Counted from the first letter of the stretch, positions 22,281-35,670 are shown. The stretch: DNA of 64,000 nucleotides from Lama glama (GCA_028534125.1 CM052816.1:3846001-3910000), one strand, 5' to 3'. Program-made: numbers and translations. Notes: generated from the letters alone by a model not told the origin.

Positions 22281-24865
22281 ACCATAATTACCACGGTGCC
22301 TCTTATTATTCATAGCCTATCCAGCTGTCATAATTAAACGAGGGCTGTAAAAGGTACAAAAGACTTTTAAAAACAGAGAAAACGGGACACCCTTGGATGC
22401 GGGCTCCCTGTGAGGCGTGGAGAGGACAGATGAGACGGCAGAAAAGGGCTCACTGCTAAATCTCACAGTGGAGGTTGCAGGGACTCTGATATTATATACA
22501 GAAGAGAGCACAGAACAGGCTGGAGGAGCTAAAGCAAGCTTCCTGGGAGAGGCAGGCATCGAAGTGAACTTTCCTTTCCGTCACTGAGAAATACCAACAC
22601 CTCTCTTTAGCTACGTTCTCCTCGCTGCTACACAGGAAAACAATCTTTTGAAAGGGATCTTTCCATCTTTACTTAACTTCCCATAGGCTTCCCTCCCTCG
22701 CTGCGAACTGCCCACCTGAAAGCACATCGAAACTAGAGCCAAAGTCCACCTTGCAGAATACGAGGTCCTAAAGCTACACGGATCGCCAGAAAATGCCAGC
22801 TCTTGGAGCAGGACCATATGGTGGAAACTGCCGGAGAGGCAGTGGTAATTTTTACGGCAGGTTATTACTACAAACCTCCTTTGAGAGGCCAATTCACAGC
22901 TTGTCCTGAACACTACATTAACTCATTTATGGTTTTCCAAAAATGCTCGATTTCCTACTGTCCCTAAATCTGACAAATATGCTCTCCTAATTCAAAACCC
23001 TCACGGAGATCCCTCAGCTCCCAGCCGAGTGTACTGTCATTTCCAGGTTGCAAAGCCAGCCTTCCCGGTGCGATGCCTCCTCTAGGTCGCACACTGAGGC
23101 ATAAGGCTTCCCTCCCTCTAAACGTAATTCTCTGTAGGCTGCCAGGATTCTCATAGCTTCTCTGCTTCAAACCTAGCAAATGTGCAGCTAGAAACAATTT
23201 GGAGTGCTTATTCAAACATCTTCTTGTAACGGGTCCAAAGAGATGATTTCAAAACTTTAATTTCTTTATCAGTCCCAAAAGTTTAAAAAATAACATTGTG
23301 CATACACACACATATATAAATATATGCTTATTTATACTCATGTATCTATAGGAAGAGAGGATAACCAATATCACTTTCTTGGAAGGGAAATAAATATACA
23401 CGCCTCCTTCATTTCCCCTGAATTACAACCTCCCTCTCTAGTCCAGATTTAAACATCTAGCAGTATAACTGGGACTTCCCTTTGTTGCTAGATAAATATC
23501 AATCATTTCCATCTGTTACTAAGACTCTGTGTTCCTGAAAATGATGTCAAATTTAGATGCTAATGCAACACTGTTTGCATTGTTTAATCACAGCAATGAA
23601 ACAGCCCTTATATGCTATAAAATTTGCCAGACATAAACAGAAACTTTCATTTCTACCTTAGCAACCTTCGTGCCATCTGTCATTTCTTAAAAATAACCAA
23701 ATAGCTTTGGGCATGATGTTAACATCGAAAACTGTCAAATGCGTTTTGCCAGACACAATGTTGCAAAGGAGTTAAGATGACTTTTTCATTTCTTTTCATT
23801 TAAATTTGACCATAAAATATTTCTTCCAAAAGTTTAAGAATACTCCCCTTTGGGGTATAATGGGAAGATCACAGAACACAACTAAAATAATGAGAATGCT
23901 GTATCCCAAAGTGTGATGCATGTGTGACTGACGATATGTAAGATGACATACAAGGATGGCATTTAAAATACTATTTTAACATAGATATAAGGAAAAAAAA
24001 ACAAGTAGGACAACTAGGACATCAAACTTGAGGTTCCAGGAATATTACCATTCAGGATGAATCCAGAGTTTTTTTAAGTTCACTCAAAGGAAAACATTTG
24101 GTATCTGAATGCAGCAAAAATTGTGGCAACTGAATGGGGATGAATAAAGCAGACTGAACAGTAGTGATGATTGTTCCAACCACGATGTGCTGATTCCATG
24201 AGACTGGAGTTCCTAATTGTTTGTCACAGCTTGACAGCATCAGTACCCTGACATTTTGGTAAGAACCTGCCCATGAAGTTAACTTGGCTGCCTTGCTTAG
24301 CTATAAAGGAGGAGCCTCTAGGAGGGGTGGATGTTAGGTATCTGGGAACTATCAAAAATTACACGTGCTTCTATTTCTTTACAAAATGAGAGACAGTTTG
24401 GATCTCTCTTTGACAGGTACGGCAGCAAGAATGTCTCTGCCCCTTCACTGGGTAAACCACGGCAGAGGGAGCGTGTGGGACAGGAAAGGTGATGGACTTG
24501 AACGAGAGCATGGATTCCGAGGGAGTCTCTGCCAGACTACTGTGCTCTGTGACCTTAGGCGAGTCTCTTTCCGTCTGGTCACCTGAGCCACAGTGGTGGA
24601 CTGGAGGATCTCTGAAGAACCTTTCAAGTTCCGAAATGCTATTGCTTCCATCTAAGCTTCTGCAGCCTCAGGAGATAAGACATGGGATCCTACACTAGCA
24701 AAGCTCAAAGTCAAAGTCTGTAGGAATGTTCTTGCTACTTAATCTCACTACTTATTTCTTATGATCAAAATTCATGTATTCATTCATTCATTCCACAAAT
24801 GCACAGTGAGTACTTCATGTGCCTGTCCATTCTTAAAGGAGCTAGGAGAGGCTAAAACGTGTTTC

Positions 24866-25339
24866 TATAACCGAGCAGGACCCCGTGCGGCCTTCCTGGG
24901 ACAGACCCCTCCCCCATATCCTCTGCGGCAGCTCCTCTCTGAAGCACCCAGATAACAGTATATCGTGTATGTTTCCTGAGTTTTTCAGATGCTTAAAACC
25001 ACCACCAGAGGGAAGAAATGAATTCCTTGATGATCAAGAACATGTAGCCCCCAGACTTCTTCTGGTGCATAGGGGTTGACAGTGTTGACCACCCTGTTCC
25101 CTCAGCATCAACCAATCAGAGTTGTGCACAAGCTGATCAGGAACCCTGCGGCCCGCCTCCCTTACCTGGACTTTGAATGCACTTTGCTGAAACTTTTCGG
25201 GGAGTTCGAGATTCCCTTGGGCATGAACCACCCCAACCTTGCTTGGCCTTACAATGAACCTTTCTCTGCCCTAAACTCCAACGTTTTGGTTTGTTCGACC
25301 TCATGGTGTGTTGGGCCAATGAACTTTTGTTTGGTAACA
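24866..25339 (+). mobile_element. ERV1-class solo LTR
   Basis: TATAACCGAGCAGGACCCC (decayed TGTAAC) to TTTGGTAACA, CCAAT box AACCAATCAGAG, flanks TTTC/TTTT (4-bp TSD, one mismatch). Confidence 0.8.
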
Positions 25340-25344
25340 TTTTG

Positions 25345-25508
25345 AGACCGTAGAGTGTATAGGAATCACCTAGGAAACTTACTAAAACCCGCTTAACACC
25401 TTTTCCCCTCTGATTAAGTCTGGGAAACAGCCAACAAATTTGAATTTTTAACCAACAGCCCCAGTGATTTTGGTATGAGTGGTGCTGGGACCACATTTTC
25501 AGCAACTG
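25345..25508. mobile_element. MER5-type (hAT-Charlie) remnant
   Basis: GAATCACCTAGGAAACTTACTAAAA..GTCTGGG..GAATTTTTAACCAACAGCCCCAGTGATT..GGACCACATTTTCAGCAACTG. Confidence 0.6.
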
Positions 25509-27419
25509 TGTTCTAATGAGAGAGGCAGGAAACTGGGCAGACTGCTTTAAATCTGAGTGACAGCTGCCATAGCAAATACAGGCTGACAGTGCTGGGTGGG
25601 CACATGGATGGGGTACTTGGGGTGGGAGCCAGCGATGGCACCTTAGAGGAAAGAATATTCAAACAAGCACTGAATGATGGAGAGAAAGAATTTCACCTCC
25701 AGATGAGGACCAAAGACTTCTGGACAGAAAACACCTTAGATAACTACTAGTAGCCAAGAGTCTTTGTCTCAACCCACAGAGAATTCTCCGAAGGCTGAAA
25801 CTGAATACCATTTCCCACCTTAAACATCTACAGAAGTATCTGGAGAATAAATGGGTGGAGGAATGGATAAATTAACTTATCAAGTGGCTACTAATCCAGG
25901 GATGTGAGCATACTGGACTCTGGTTACATGTGCTGGTAACAGGACATAGAACTTGCAAAGGAATGTCTATGTCACCACATTACCAGCCAAAGACATATTC
26001 AAGATTGTACACAGAAAATAATTCTACCACTTGATGCGGCAAGAGCTGATATCTAAGTAGCACTCATCACTTCTAGCACATTCACGTGTATCATCCTATG
26101 CCAAGAAATAATGTCAAATGACATCTGCCCATCATACAGTTTTTTTCATTTTCCTCACAATTACAAGTACAGCTGGATCACAACCTTGTCAGATAAATGT
26201 CTCTCTGTAAAAAAAAGTCTAGGGATGTCCTTAGCCTAGTGAGAAAAAGGGGAAATACCTTTGGCAATACTTAATTCACAAGTTTCACTCCGTCGACTAC
26301 ACAAGGAGCAGTGTGTCCAAGGCACAAGTTTAAAGATGCTGTGTGGCTCTCAGCAAGTGACAGACAGAGTCTCTCGGAGCCTCATTTTCCTTCTTGGAAA
26401 GAGAATGGTGTGAATTAGACAATCCCCAAGAACTGTTTCTGGTCTGACAGTCCATGAATCAAAAGAAAAGAACATTTCTAGAGGAATTAATTAATCCTTG
26501 GGGGCTAAAACGAGATCTGCATTTGGTTTAATTCTACATGGCTCTGCAGAGGCTCTCTCCTTCACAATAATCGGATCTGAAGGAAAAAAGACCACGTGAC
26601 AGGCTTCAGCGTAACTAGGCTATTTTCTAAAGAGATACAGTAAATTGGGGAACGCTTTTTCGAAGCCGAGATGACTTCCTTGGCAGCTATAATTTTACCT
26701 CCTCAATGACTGAGCCAATTTTCCCCTCCAGCTCTCTTACACACCTTTAATGAATACATGTTTCTTTGATTAAATTAACATTTTAGTCTAGCTAATTAGC
26801 CTGAAAAACCTGTGCTGAACTGATCTGGTAGCAACTTCATTACTGTTCATCGGTGCATGTTTGTGACTGATCACTGTCAGCCCCATCGCCTAAAGATTAG
26901 AGGGACATTAAGTTTGGCTAATTTGGCTTTCTGTGGCCATCATCATGTTCCCGACGTGGAGCCAATCCCCACCCTGAATCGACCCTGCTTGACAGTGACA
27001 GATGTTTTAATCACAGGGTTTCATTCATTACTGTCCATCAGCACTGCTGACCGGGTCTGCAGCAAACACCTTGATTTGAAATCAAAACTAATTAAAGACT
27101 ATCTTCATAATTACCTTATATAGTTACCTTTCCTTAAGTGGGCCAATATGACAAGAGCTGAAAAATAAAGCCTTAAATGAGGTTGCAGAGGGAGGGAGTC
27201 CTTGCATTGTTAAATTGCATTTCCATCTGCATGTTTTAGAAATGGTGCGTCTGTGCAGAGCCGTCCCTCCGCCCTAAATGCCATGTTCAGAAGTAAGCAT
27301 CTCAGTTTTGCCCAGTTACACACCAGCCAGGTTGTGGCACCCCTTGCTTTCTTAGATCTACAGTGTTTTAATAAGATTAGGTACGTATAGTATTTCAAGG
27401 ATGCCACTGAATCTCTGTC

Positions 27420-27900
27420 ACCAATGTAAGCACCACCTGGAGACCCACACCTCCTATACTGCCTTTCCAAGTGCTTCTGATGGTGTTGGTTCCCTCCTCA
27501 GTTTCAAGGGTGGAACTGTGGCCCCAGAGTAGCCAATGAGCATCGGGCATCTCCTGGTGACAGGGATGACTTGTGGCCCAGTGTGTTACCCAACTGAGGC
27601 CAATCACCAGCAATAAGACTCAACTCTGGAATCCCAGTTTGAGTGATATCGGAAGCTGCCTCTGTCTTTCCTGAGGCATTTGACACTCAAGGACACTCAG
27701 GTCAGTGACTGTTCCACCTACTTTGTAACCATAAGGGTAGACGCTTTGAGAAAGGGGTTTCCATGAAGGAAAATGGAGCCTGAAAGCTGGCCAGGGGGGA
27801 GGCCAACTCGTGTCAGCATCCTTTCAGCCCTTTCATCCAGCTGCCCACCTGGGAGACCTACTCCTGGAATTTTCAGTTTCATGCCCTGATAAAAGACCTG
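27420..27900 (+). mobile_element. Old MaLR LTR (MLT1K/L-like)
   Basis: AGCCAATGAGCAT..ACCCAACTGAGGCCAATCA..AGCCCTTTCATCCAGCTG..CCTACTCCTGGAATTTTCAGTTTCATG. Confidence 0.55.
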
Positions 27901-28916
27901 TGTGACAAAAGACACATGCGACTCAAGGAGTCGTATCTGATATAAGCCCCTTTCAAATATTCAGATCACTTAGACTGTCCTATCTAAACTCCACAATAAT
28001 ACTGTACAGTTGGTAGGGCAGGGATGGTTCGCCTCATTTCAGAGATAACAGGACTGATGCATAAAAATATGCTTGCCAAGCCCGTGCAAAGCTGGGGTTT
28101 CAAGATGGATCAGTCACCAAGCCAACTCGGTCCTCTGTTCTCCTGCTTAGTTCAAGGTCACTTGTTCCCCGTCCTCATATGCCCCAATCACCATTAGACT
28201 AGTCTGGGGATGGCGGGAGAGCATGTGGACAAGCCATGGCTTTGGTATCTGCTTGGTTCAAATCCCTGCTCCACATTTACCTGTCAGGTGGCATCTGGGG
28301 AGTCCAACGTCTACAAGCGTTGGCATCCGCACCTACAAGGGGAATGATGCATGTAGCGTGCTTAGCTCACTGCCAGGAGCTCTTTCCCAACCAGAAAACC
28401 TTCAGAAAAGAGACCCCACTGATTTCCTCAATGGATTGCAACACAGAAATTAAACCGCCTTTTTATTTGTTGTCATCAACATTTTAGCTTTTGCTCTCTG
28501 TGGTTCGAAATACCCGTCATCTACATCATCTCAGAATCATGTCCCTTGCTCAGGACGGTGGCAATGCCTACCCACTGTATTTATGTCAATTTAATTAAGG
28601 TTTTTCTCAGAAACTGCTTCCAAAGTAAAAGAATAACAAGTCAAGCTATTCTCAGCAAAGAAAGAGACTGTCAAATCTCATGTGTCTAATTACCAGGGAC
28701 AAGCTTATATTAATGGCAGAGACACGGTCAATTTTTGTGAGCAGTTGAAAAAAGAGACAGCTTTCTATGAAGACTGCGGTATATCTTGGCTCTTTTTCTT
28801 CTGTGACCTGGAGCAAGTTACTTCACTTCTTTTAGCCTCAGTTTCTGCATTTTAAAAAGAGTACTGTCCTCTGCTTCCCTGCCATTGTATGCACTGAGGG
28901 ATACTGAAAACCAGCG

Positions 28917-29462
28917 TGCAGAAAAGAGTCAAGATAGCAGGGCCTGACTGCTTTCCTCCAAAAGGCCTGCTGCTAAGACTGGCCCTCGGCTGGCGTCTGG
29001 GAATGTGGATCTGAGGGGCTTCCCACCATTCCCGGAGTGATAAGAATGGCTCACTGTTCCTAAACTGTTTGCACAAACGGCAGAGTTAATGCAGTACATC
29101 TGCTTTCCTTCTGGAATCCTGGTGCATCCCAGGCGCAGGCTGCCCACGTGACCAGCCTGAGTCAAAGCCCTGGACACCGAGTCTCTAATGAGCTTCATCG
29201 TCTGGCAACACGTCATCAGTGTGGTCACAGCTCGCTGCTGGGAGAATGAAGTGCGTTTGGTGTGACTCCGCTGGGAGAGGGCACCGGATGTCTGCAGCCA
29301 CTTTCCCCTAGACTCGGCACTCTGCACACTCCTCCTCTGTCGATCACGCCTCGCAGCATTTTCTGAAATAATGCACAGCCATCAGTGTGACTGTGCGATG
29401 AATCCTGGGAGTTCTCCTAGAGATTACCGAACCTAAGGGTGGTTTGGGGGACCCCTGAAACA
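28917..29462 (+). mobile_element. MER21-type LTR (MER21A-like)
   Basis: TGCAGAAAAGAGTCAAGATAGCAGGGCCTGACTGCT..GGCCCTCGGCTGGCGTCTGGGAA..CACCGAGTCTCTAATGAGCTTC..GGGTGGTTTGGGGGACCCCTGAAACA. Confidence 0.8.
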
Positions 29463-30139
29463 TAAAATATCCATCACATAAAAACATGCAATAAAGAGAT
29501 GAATTTATCACTATCATCTTCTTGATATATTGATGTGATGGCTCTGAATGAAACTGAAGGCAAGGGCGAAAACAGTGCAGCAAGGCTGAAAAGGCAGATG
29601 CTTTCCTGTTTCAGCTCCTGCTGGACAGGAATGGGTGGACACTACATATTCCAAATAGAGCCTCTCGCAGGTCTTAAGGGTTTCTGTACGAGGATATTCA
29701 TCATTGTGTTACTCGTGCAGAGTCAGAGGTCATCTGTGTCCTTCTCTTTCGGAGGACATGGGAGCAAAACGCACTGGTGTGCCTCATCGGCCACCATGTA
29801 ACTAACCGGCTGAGTGAAGAGAGAATGAACAAATCAGGTCTAGCACAATACCGCTTCTGTAAATCAAAGGTCAGTGTGTACAAAATGATACGCATTTTGT
29901 AAGAACATGTGCAAAAAAAAGAGACTCAGTAACTACCTGAGAATGCTTTTGTATGATGGTGAGGAAGGGCGGTGGAAGTAGGGCATGAGGATGAAGGGGG
30001 TAAACACCTACACACAGAAGACTAGCACCTTGTGCAAATCCGTAATCAAAACGGGCCACTGACCAGACCAGTGTGACAAACTCAGCTTTCTGCATGTGGG
30101 CTCCCAAAGAAGCCGATTTCACACTCTCACTATGATGAC

Positions 30140-30370
30140 AGCGATGATGATGACAACAACAACAATCGTATGAGCTGAAGTTCACTGAGCATCATGTACC
30201 CGGTACACACTTTTCGTATATTACTTGATTTAATCCTCAGCATGATTCTATGATGCATGTTCTGTTGATATCCCCACTTTACAGATGAGGAAGCCGAGGC
30301 ACAGAACAGCAAAGCCATCTGCCAAGGTCACACAGCTAGCAGGCTTTTAGAGTCAAGATGTGCCCCCAGC
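30140..30370 (-). mobile_element. MIR SINE with an (ATG/AAC)n-expanded tail
   Basis: TATCCCCACTTTACAGATGAGGAAGCCGAGGCACAGA..GCCAAGGTCACACAGCTAG core. Confidence 0.75.
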
Positions 30371-30893
30371 TTGAAGCAGAACTGAGGAGTGAACACAAGG
30401 ACGGCGAGGTTCAGCCCGTGCCTATGTGACCGCCAGGGCTTGAGGCTACTCCTGAGAGGACTTCCCCCGTCTCTCTTCCCCGGCCCTTACCAGTATTCTT
30501 CAGCGTACGTAAGCTAAAAGCCAGGCACTACTACAGAGAGAGAGAGACAAAATCCTCACAATCCAGACTGTGACTTCGTAAAAGAAGTGATGTTAAGGTG
30601 CCAGGCACACCCACGCCCCTAAGGTGCCTGGGACCCCAGGAGACCTGCACTCTGGGCCTGTGGGACAGCTGCAGGCTGTAACTGTCTCCAAGCACCCTTG
30701 TGAAATGGACTTAGGTACCCTCGCTGAGACGAATCCCGCATTAGGAGTTTGGTGTTCATCAATCAGTTTGTGGGTAAATACAGCTACCCTCCCAGTTTTA
30801 TACAACTTGCAGATTTCTTGGTCTCAGCGGACATACGATTTCCTTTAATCCTCCTAGAAATCTACAGAAAGACGTGTTAGCCTCCCTTCACAG

Positions 30894-31117
30894 CAATGGT
30901 TCTCAATCACAACAAGGGAAGAATTTGCCCGACAGGCGACAGGTGGCAATGTCTGAAGGTAGTTTTGGTTATCACATCTTGGGAGTGGAGTGTGCTACAG
31001 GATCTAGCGGGCAGGGGTTGGATATGCTGTCTGATGCCCTATGATACACAGGACAACCCTTGTAATAATGATTAACCTGGCCCCAAATATCAGTAATGCC
31101 GTTGTTGAGATACTCTG
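30894..31117 (+). mobile_element. MER20 DNA transposon, apparently inserted in a MIR
   Basis: CAATGGTTCTCAA..GGCAATGTCTGAAG..TTTTGGTTATCACA..CACAGGACAACCC..GCCCCAAATATCAGTAATGCC..TTGAGATACTCTG. Confidence 0.8.
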
Positions 31118-32654
31118 CTTTAAACATAAGGAAATCAAAGAAATTACATAGCATGGCATTCGTGAATGTGGAGATTTGAGGATGTCCAGGCTGAGCTTGT
31201 TTATGGCTATCAAGGATCTAGGTGCATCCTCATTCTCAGTGAACCCTTTTCTATTTCACGTGCGGATTCCTTTCAATGGCCGCTGTGATGCTGCTGCCAT
31301 CAGTTACATTTGAATGGAAGGTGGGAAAGCAGAAGTTGGTCCCCTCTGACAGACGCTTATTTGAAAGCAGACTTTACGTGGATGACTGAGAAAGAGGAAC
31401 CAGAGACAGAAGAAGAAACAATGACAGTGTTATTGGGTCACCTCATTCTGAAAAGAACGGATGGGTTAGATTCCACGCTCGGGGAGCGAACCACGATAAT
31501 GTGTTTCAGACGTGGCAGTTCTGCTTCACACAGCTTGATTTTTATTTTCACTTGGGCTCCTGCTCCCTGCAAACAGTTCCCCCGACCCCCGTGAGCAGTG
31601 CTAAGTCCTCAAAAAGCAATTGGACTGGAATAAAGAGGCCTGGAGGTAAGACCAAGATATGAACCATCAGGCCCGGCAGCTGGGCAATACGGTTAACTTT
31701 CTGACCTTCATGGGAAACCGGGTGAGTAAAGTGCTGATAAAACACTTTGAGCGGGTGGGTGGAAGGTGTCTGTTTCCAAAAGCGCTTCATGGATTCACTG
31801 GCCTAGCATAATACGAGGCTGTCCTTATCTCTGTAATTCCGGAGGGCATTCACTGTCGTCTCACATTTATCCCAAGGGCTGGACCTGGTAAAAGCTTGCT
31901 CACTGGGTATTACGATTTAGCCTTAAACCACAGCCTAAATCAGAAAACTCTCCTAAGGCAAGACGTACCAAGGTGAAGGAATTCCCCAGGTTTTTTAAGT
32001 AGCACCTGTCATTTCATAACGAGTCTTTTCTGGCCCCAACTGAGAACCTCAAGTGCATACTATTGCAGGCTCTTGTTGGCTTAAGGACCTTTTAAGCAAT
32101 TCAGACTCTGGCTATTGAGATGTGACCCGTCTGCTCATGTGGTCACCCACCCTCTCCTCTTGAGTTCTGCCCTTCATACTGCATCTCCGCTTGGGAGGCT
32201 GTTGTCCAAGCATGAAGATGATGCCAAGGGACCATAAAGTCACACTCGTGGCTGAGTTTCTTTCATCACAGAAAAAGTCCTGATGACCTGTGTCTGTGAA
32301 ATTCATTGACTGTTGTGAAGAAAGCTATCAACGGTTGTGAAATAAAACAAAGACAAATCCATCACTTGGCCTGGCAAGCACCAAGGGCCACATAATGGGG
32401 AAGGGAAAATAATAACTTTAACAAGTGCCAGAATCCCTCCAAACAAGCTGGATACCTGTATGTGACACCAGGCTCCGGACGCTGCCGTGGGTCACCAGGC
32501 AAGATCTCAGGCACTTGAACTAAAGGAGAGAAGGGCTTAGCAACTGGGGGAGATCAGACCTTCAGAGAAACGGAGCCAGTTGGAACTTTCTGGAGGATGA
32601 GGGCACAGCCAAAGGCCTTATCACAAGAAGAGTATTTACATTTTTATACAAAGA

Positions 32655-32791
32655 TTTTTTTCCAGGGGGAGCGGTGGGGAGGTAATTATGTTTATTTATT
32701 TATTATTTTTTTAATGGAGGCACTGGGGATTGAACCCAGGACCTTGCACATGTGAAGCATGGGCTCTACCACTGAGCTACATCCTCCCCCC
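32655..32791 (-). mobile_element. vic-1-like tRNA-derived SINE
   Basis: GGGGAGGTAATTATGTTTATTTATTT..ATGGAGGCACTGGGGATTGAACCCAGGACCTTGCACATG..GCTCTACCACTGAGCTACATCCTCCCCCC. Confidence 0.9.
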
Positions 32792-33169
32792 TAAATTTTA
32801 AGGAATTTGTGATAGAAGCGACTTCTGTCATCCCAAATCATACATAACAGTTTGCTGGACCCATCCCTTGTCTTGGTAAAACTCTCAGGACAGATGGTTT
32901 GGAAAGTGATCAGTCTACGGACAGGGACGGTTTATCAGCGGGGAAACCCCAAAACTGCACTAATATAGCAAAGGCAAGAACTCAGACCCAGAAATGGAAT
33001 GAATAAAGGTATATATCTTTCTTCCATGAATTCCTGAAGATACCAAGAGGGCTGCTGACATACTCAGTGGGCATATAAAAGGTGGTTGCTCTTTCTTTTA
33101 AATCACAAAAGGCAGTTTGCCTCAGCAGACGTCTGGGATGAAATAATATTAACTGCAATTAAGCCTTGT

Positions 33170-33430
33170 TAGAATATAAGCTTTATCAAGGCCAGGATAT
33201 GGTCTGATTTTTGTTTTGTTTTTTCACCTGAAACCCCAAAGATTTATGCAGTAGTAGGCACATAGCAGAGGCTCAATAAATATTAGTGTATTGATTAAAA
33301 AAAATTCCCAATTTACGGATGTAGAAATCAATGCTAATCTGAGACAGGCAACTTTTCCAAGGTCACAGAGTTTGTAGATGCAGAGACAGGAAGCAAATCC
33401 ATGCTATCAAAGTGCTAGTCTTTCTGCTCT
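33170..33430. mobile_element. L2 3' end (+, about 33170-33295) adjoining a MIR fragment (-, about 33310-33430)
   Basis: GGCACATAGCAGAGGCTCAATAAATATT, then TTTACGGATGTAGAAA..CCAAGGTCACAGAG. Confidence 0.6.
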
Positions 33431-35182
33431 CCCAGCAACACTTCTGCAACTTGGTTATTACTATGCTTTATCTGAGCTGACTCTTGGACAACCCTTGAAT
33501 ACACTGTGTAATCCAGGCTACACGATTACCCTCTTTATTAATAACAGTTTAGAGGGCTTGAGAGAAATTAGGCTATTTCGATTCGAAACCCTCCTGTGCA
33601 CGTTCTTTGTGCCTTTTTATAATAGTTTTCTGTGAAGTGTCCCATTGGGACCATTTGAAGTTTTGTGGGTTTTTTTTTTTTAATTTTCAGGCTCTGCTGA
33701 ACTAAGTGTTTGATTTAGGGGAAATAACAGGTTTGAAAGAAAGATATCCAGAAGCTTAAATGTAACAGGTGCACGTGTGCAGACATCTGATTGAGCTGAA
33801 TTGAAAGCCCCAGCCTAGATCCTAAAAGCCATAAATGTCAGTTGACTAGAACTGAATCATAACCACTTTGAAGCACGGATCACCAAGAGATAGCCCTTGC
33901 AGACTCATAACATCCAACATGATTCTTCGTCTTGTCAACACCACCGAAGAGTAGCATCCTTCTTACAATGGGAAGCAGCTTTCATTTCTAAGAGATACTA
34001 CCTGGGGCTTGTGGCTAATTGTCTTGGGAATTACTCAGCAAAGGATCTCTTTACAAAGGCACCAGGGAAATACCACGCTGATCTCCTATCTGGGCAAAAA
34101 CCTGAACATGGTTGCCCCGGCATGTTGAGAAGAGGCAGAGTAAGTTTCTTCGTAAAGGAGAAGCTGAAATTAGAAACTGGCTTCAGTTGAGATGGACTTT
34201 TATGGCAACTGTATAGAAATATCAGGCAAAGAAATTCACAGCCCTGTGAAATTCACACAAAATTAGTACCTTGAGTCCTCTGGGGCATTATGAAGCATTC
34301 TTCCAATCATCTCTGAGCTTCTAGTGGTCCAGTTTAGTGAAAATGCCCCAAGAACAAATTTCATTTGGTACTTCCCTTGCGGTTCACATATGTGTTATCT
34401 GCTTCACATTCAAAATAGCTTCCTCCACACTTATGATATACTACACATTTTCCTATGTAAACTGACATGGTAGGAATTAGACAGTTTTAATCTGACTCCA
34501 TTCAAACCCTAACAGTAGGTCCATCATTGCTCTGCACTCAAAATGAAGTAGGATGTAAGTAGTATCTAGAGAAAAAAGACTTGGGTGTCAAGAAGAAAAA
34601 AAGATGGTATAGTTGTAGGCAAGTTCAAAGAAAATATTTTTGCAATGTTACCACAGGAAGAGGCTGAGACAGCTACAGCCAGATATACCAGGGCCAATGG
34701 ACTGGATTCAGGTGTTTGGGGTGGAGGGAGATGGAGGTGGAGGATGGGGGTAGAGCCAGGTCACAAGAGTCCTACTATCTTAACAGAACTAAGACTTCTG
34801 CTGTCTCCTGGTATGACGTTACCTTGGGCGAGGATAATTGTATCAGTATACAAATGTATTCTCAATGCTTAGGGCACAGTCACATAAACATACACTTACC
34901 TAGGCAAAGATCACTTACGGAAATGGAAAAACCATTCTGCTCTGTAACTATGGAAAGGGGCCAGGTCTTAGTCCAGAAAGTTGTTTCAGAAAAACACAAG
35001 AATATGGATCAAGACAGTGCTCTGTTTCCTCTTGTCCAATCGGGAAACGGTGGGGTTCAAGGACAAGTAAGAGACCCCACAGAGAGCCAAAGGGGGCTTC
35101 AGTCATAGGATGTCTGCCTGCGCCCTAATCAACGTCATGAAGACACAAACCAGAAAACACAAAGAACACTCCTCTCCCAACA

Positions 35183-35670
35183 TGCAGAGTAAGAGCTTGG
35201 GCCCTAGCTTCTGTAGGGTCCATGGACATCTGGCAGATTCCTGCCCCAAGGCCCCTCAGGCTGCTGCCCTTTAAAGATAACAAAGCCTTAGCTGAGATAA
35301 TGATCATCTATACAATGACCTGAAGTCTAGCCACAGGGACAGTCACAATCCTCTAGCAAAATCCCTAGCCCTACCTTTTCATGACTCCCCTCTTCCCTGT
35401 TACCTCAACATCAACCAATCAGAGAATTGTGCACACTGACCACACACCCTGTGACCCCCTTTGTGCCTGATGTCACATAAGCACAAAGAATTAAAGGTTA
35501 CCTTCCCTTATAAAAGACCTCAGCAAGCAACCGACCCTCGGGGCACACAGACACCTCTCGTCTGTCTGCCTGCTGTTGCCTCAGCATGTCTAATAAACTT
35601 TTCTTTCACTTTCCTTTGCTTCTGGAAACTTCTTTTACCATCCGCAGTACCAGCTTGCCTTATCCCACAA
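35183..35670 (+). mobile_element. ERV solo LTR
   Basis: TG start, CCAAT box (AACCAATCAGAG), TATAAAAG at about 35509, AATAAA at about 35592, CA end, and a candidate flanking repeat CAACA (35178-35182 and 35668-35672). Confidence 0.75.
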
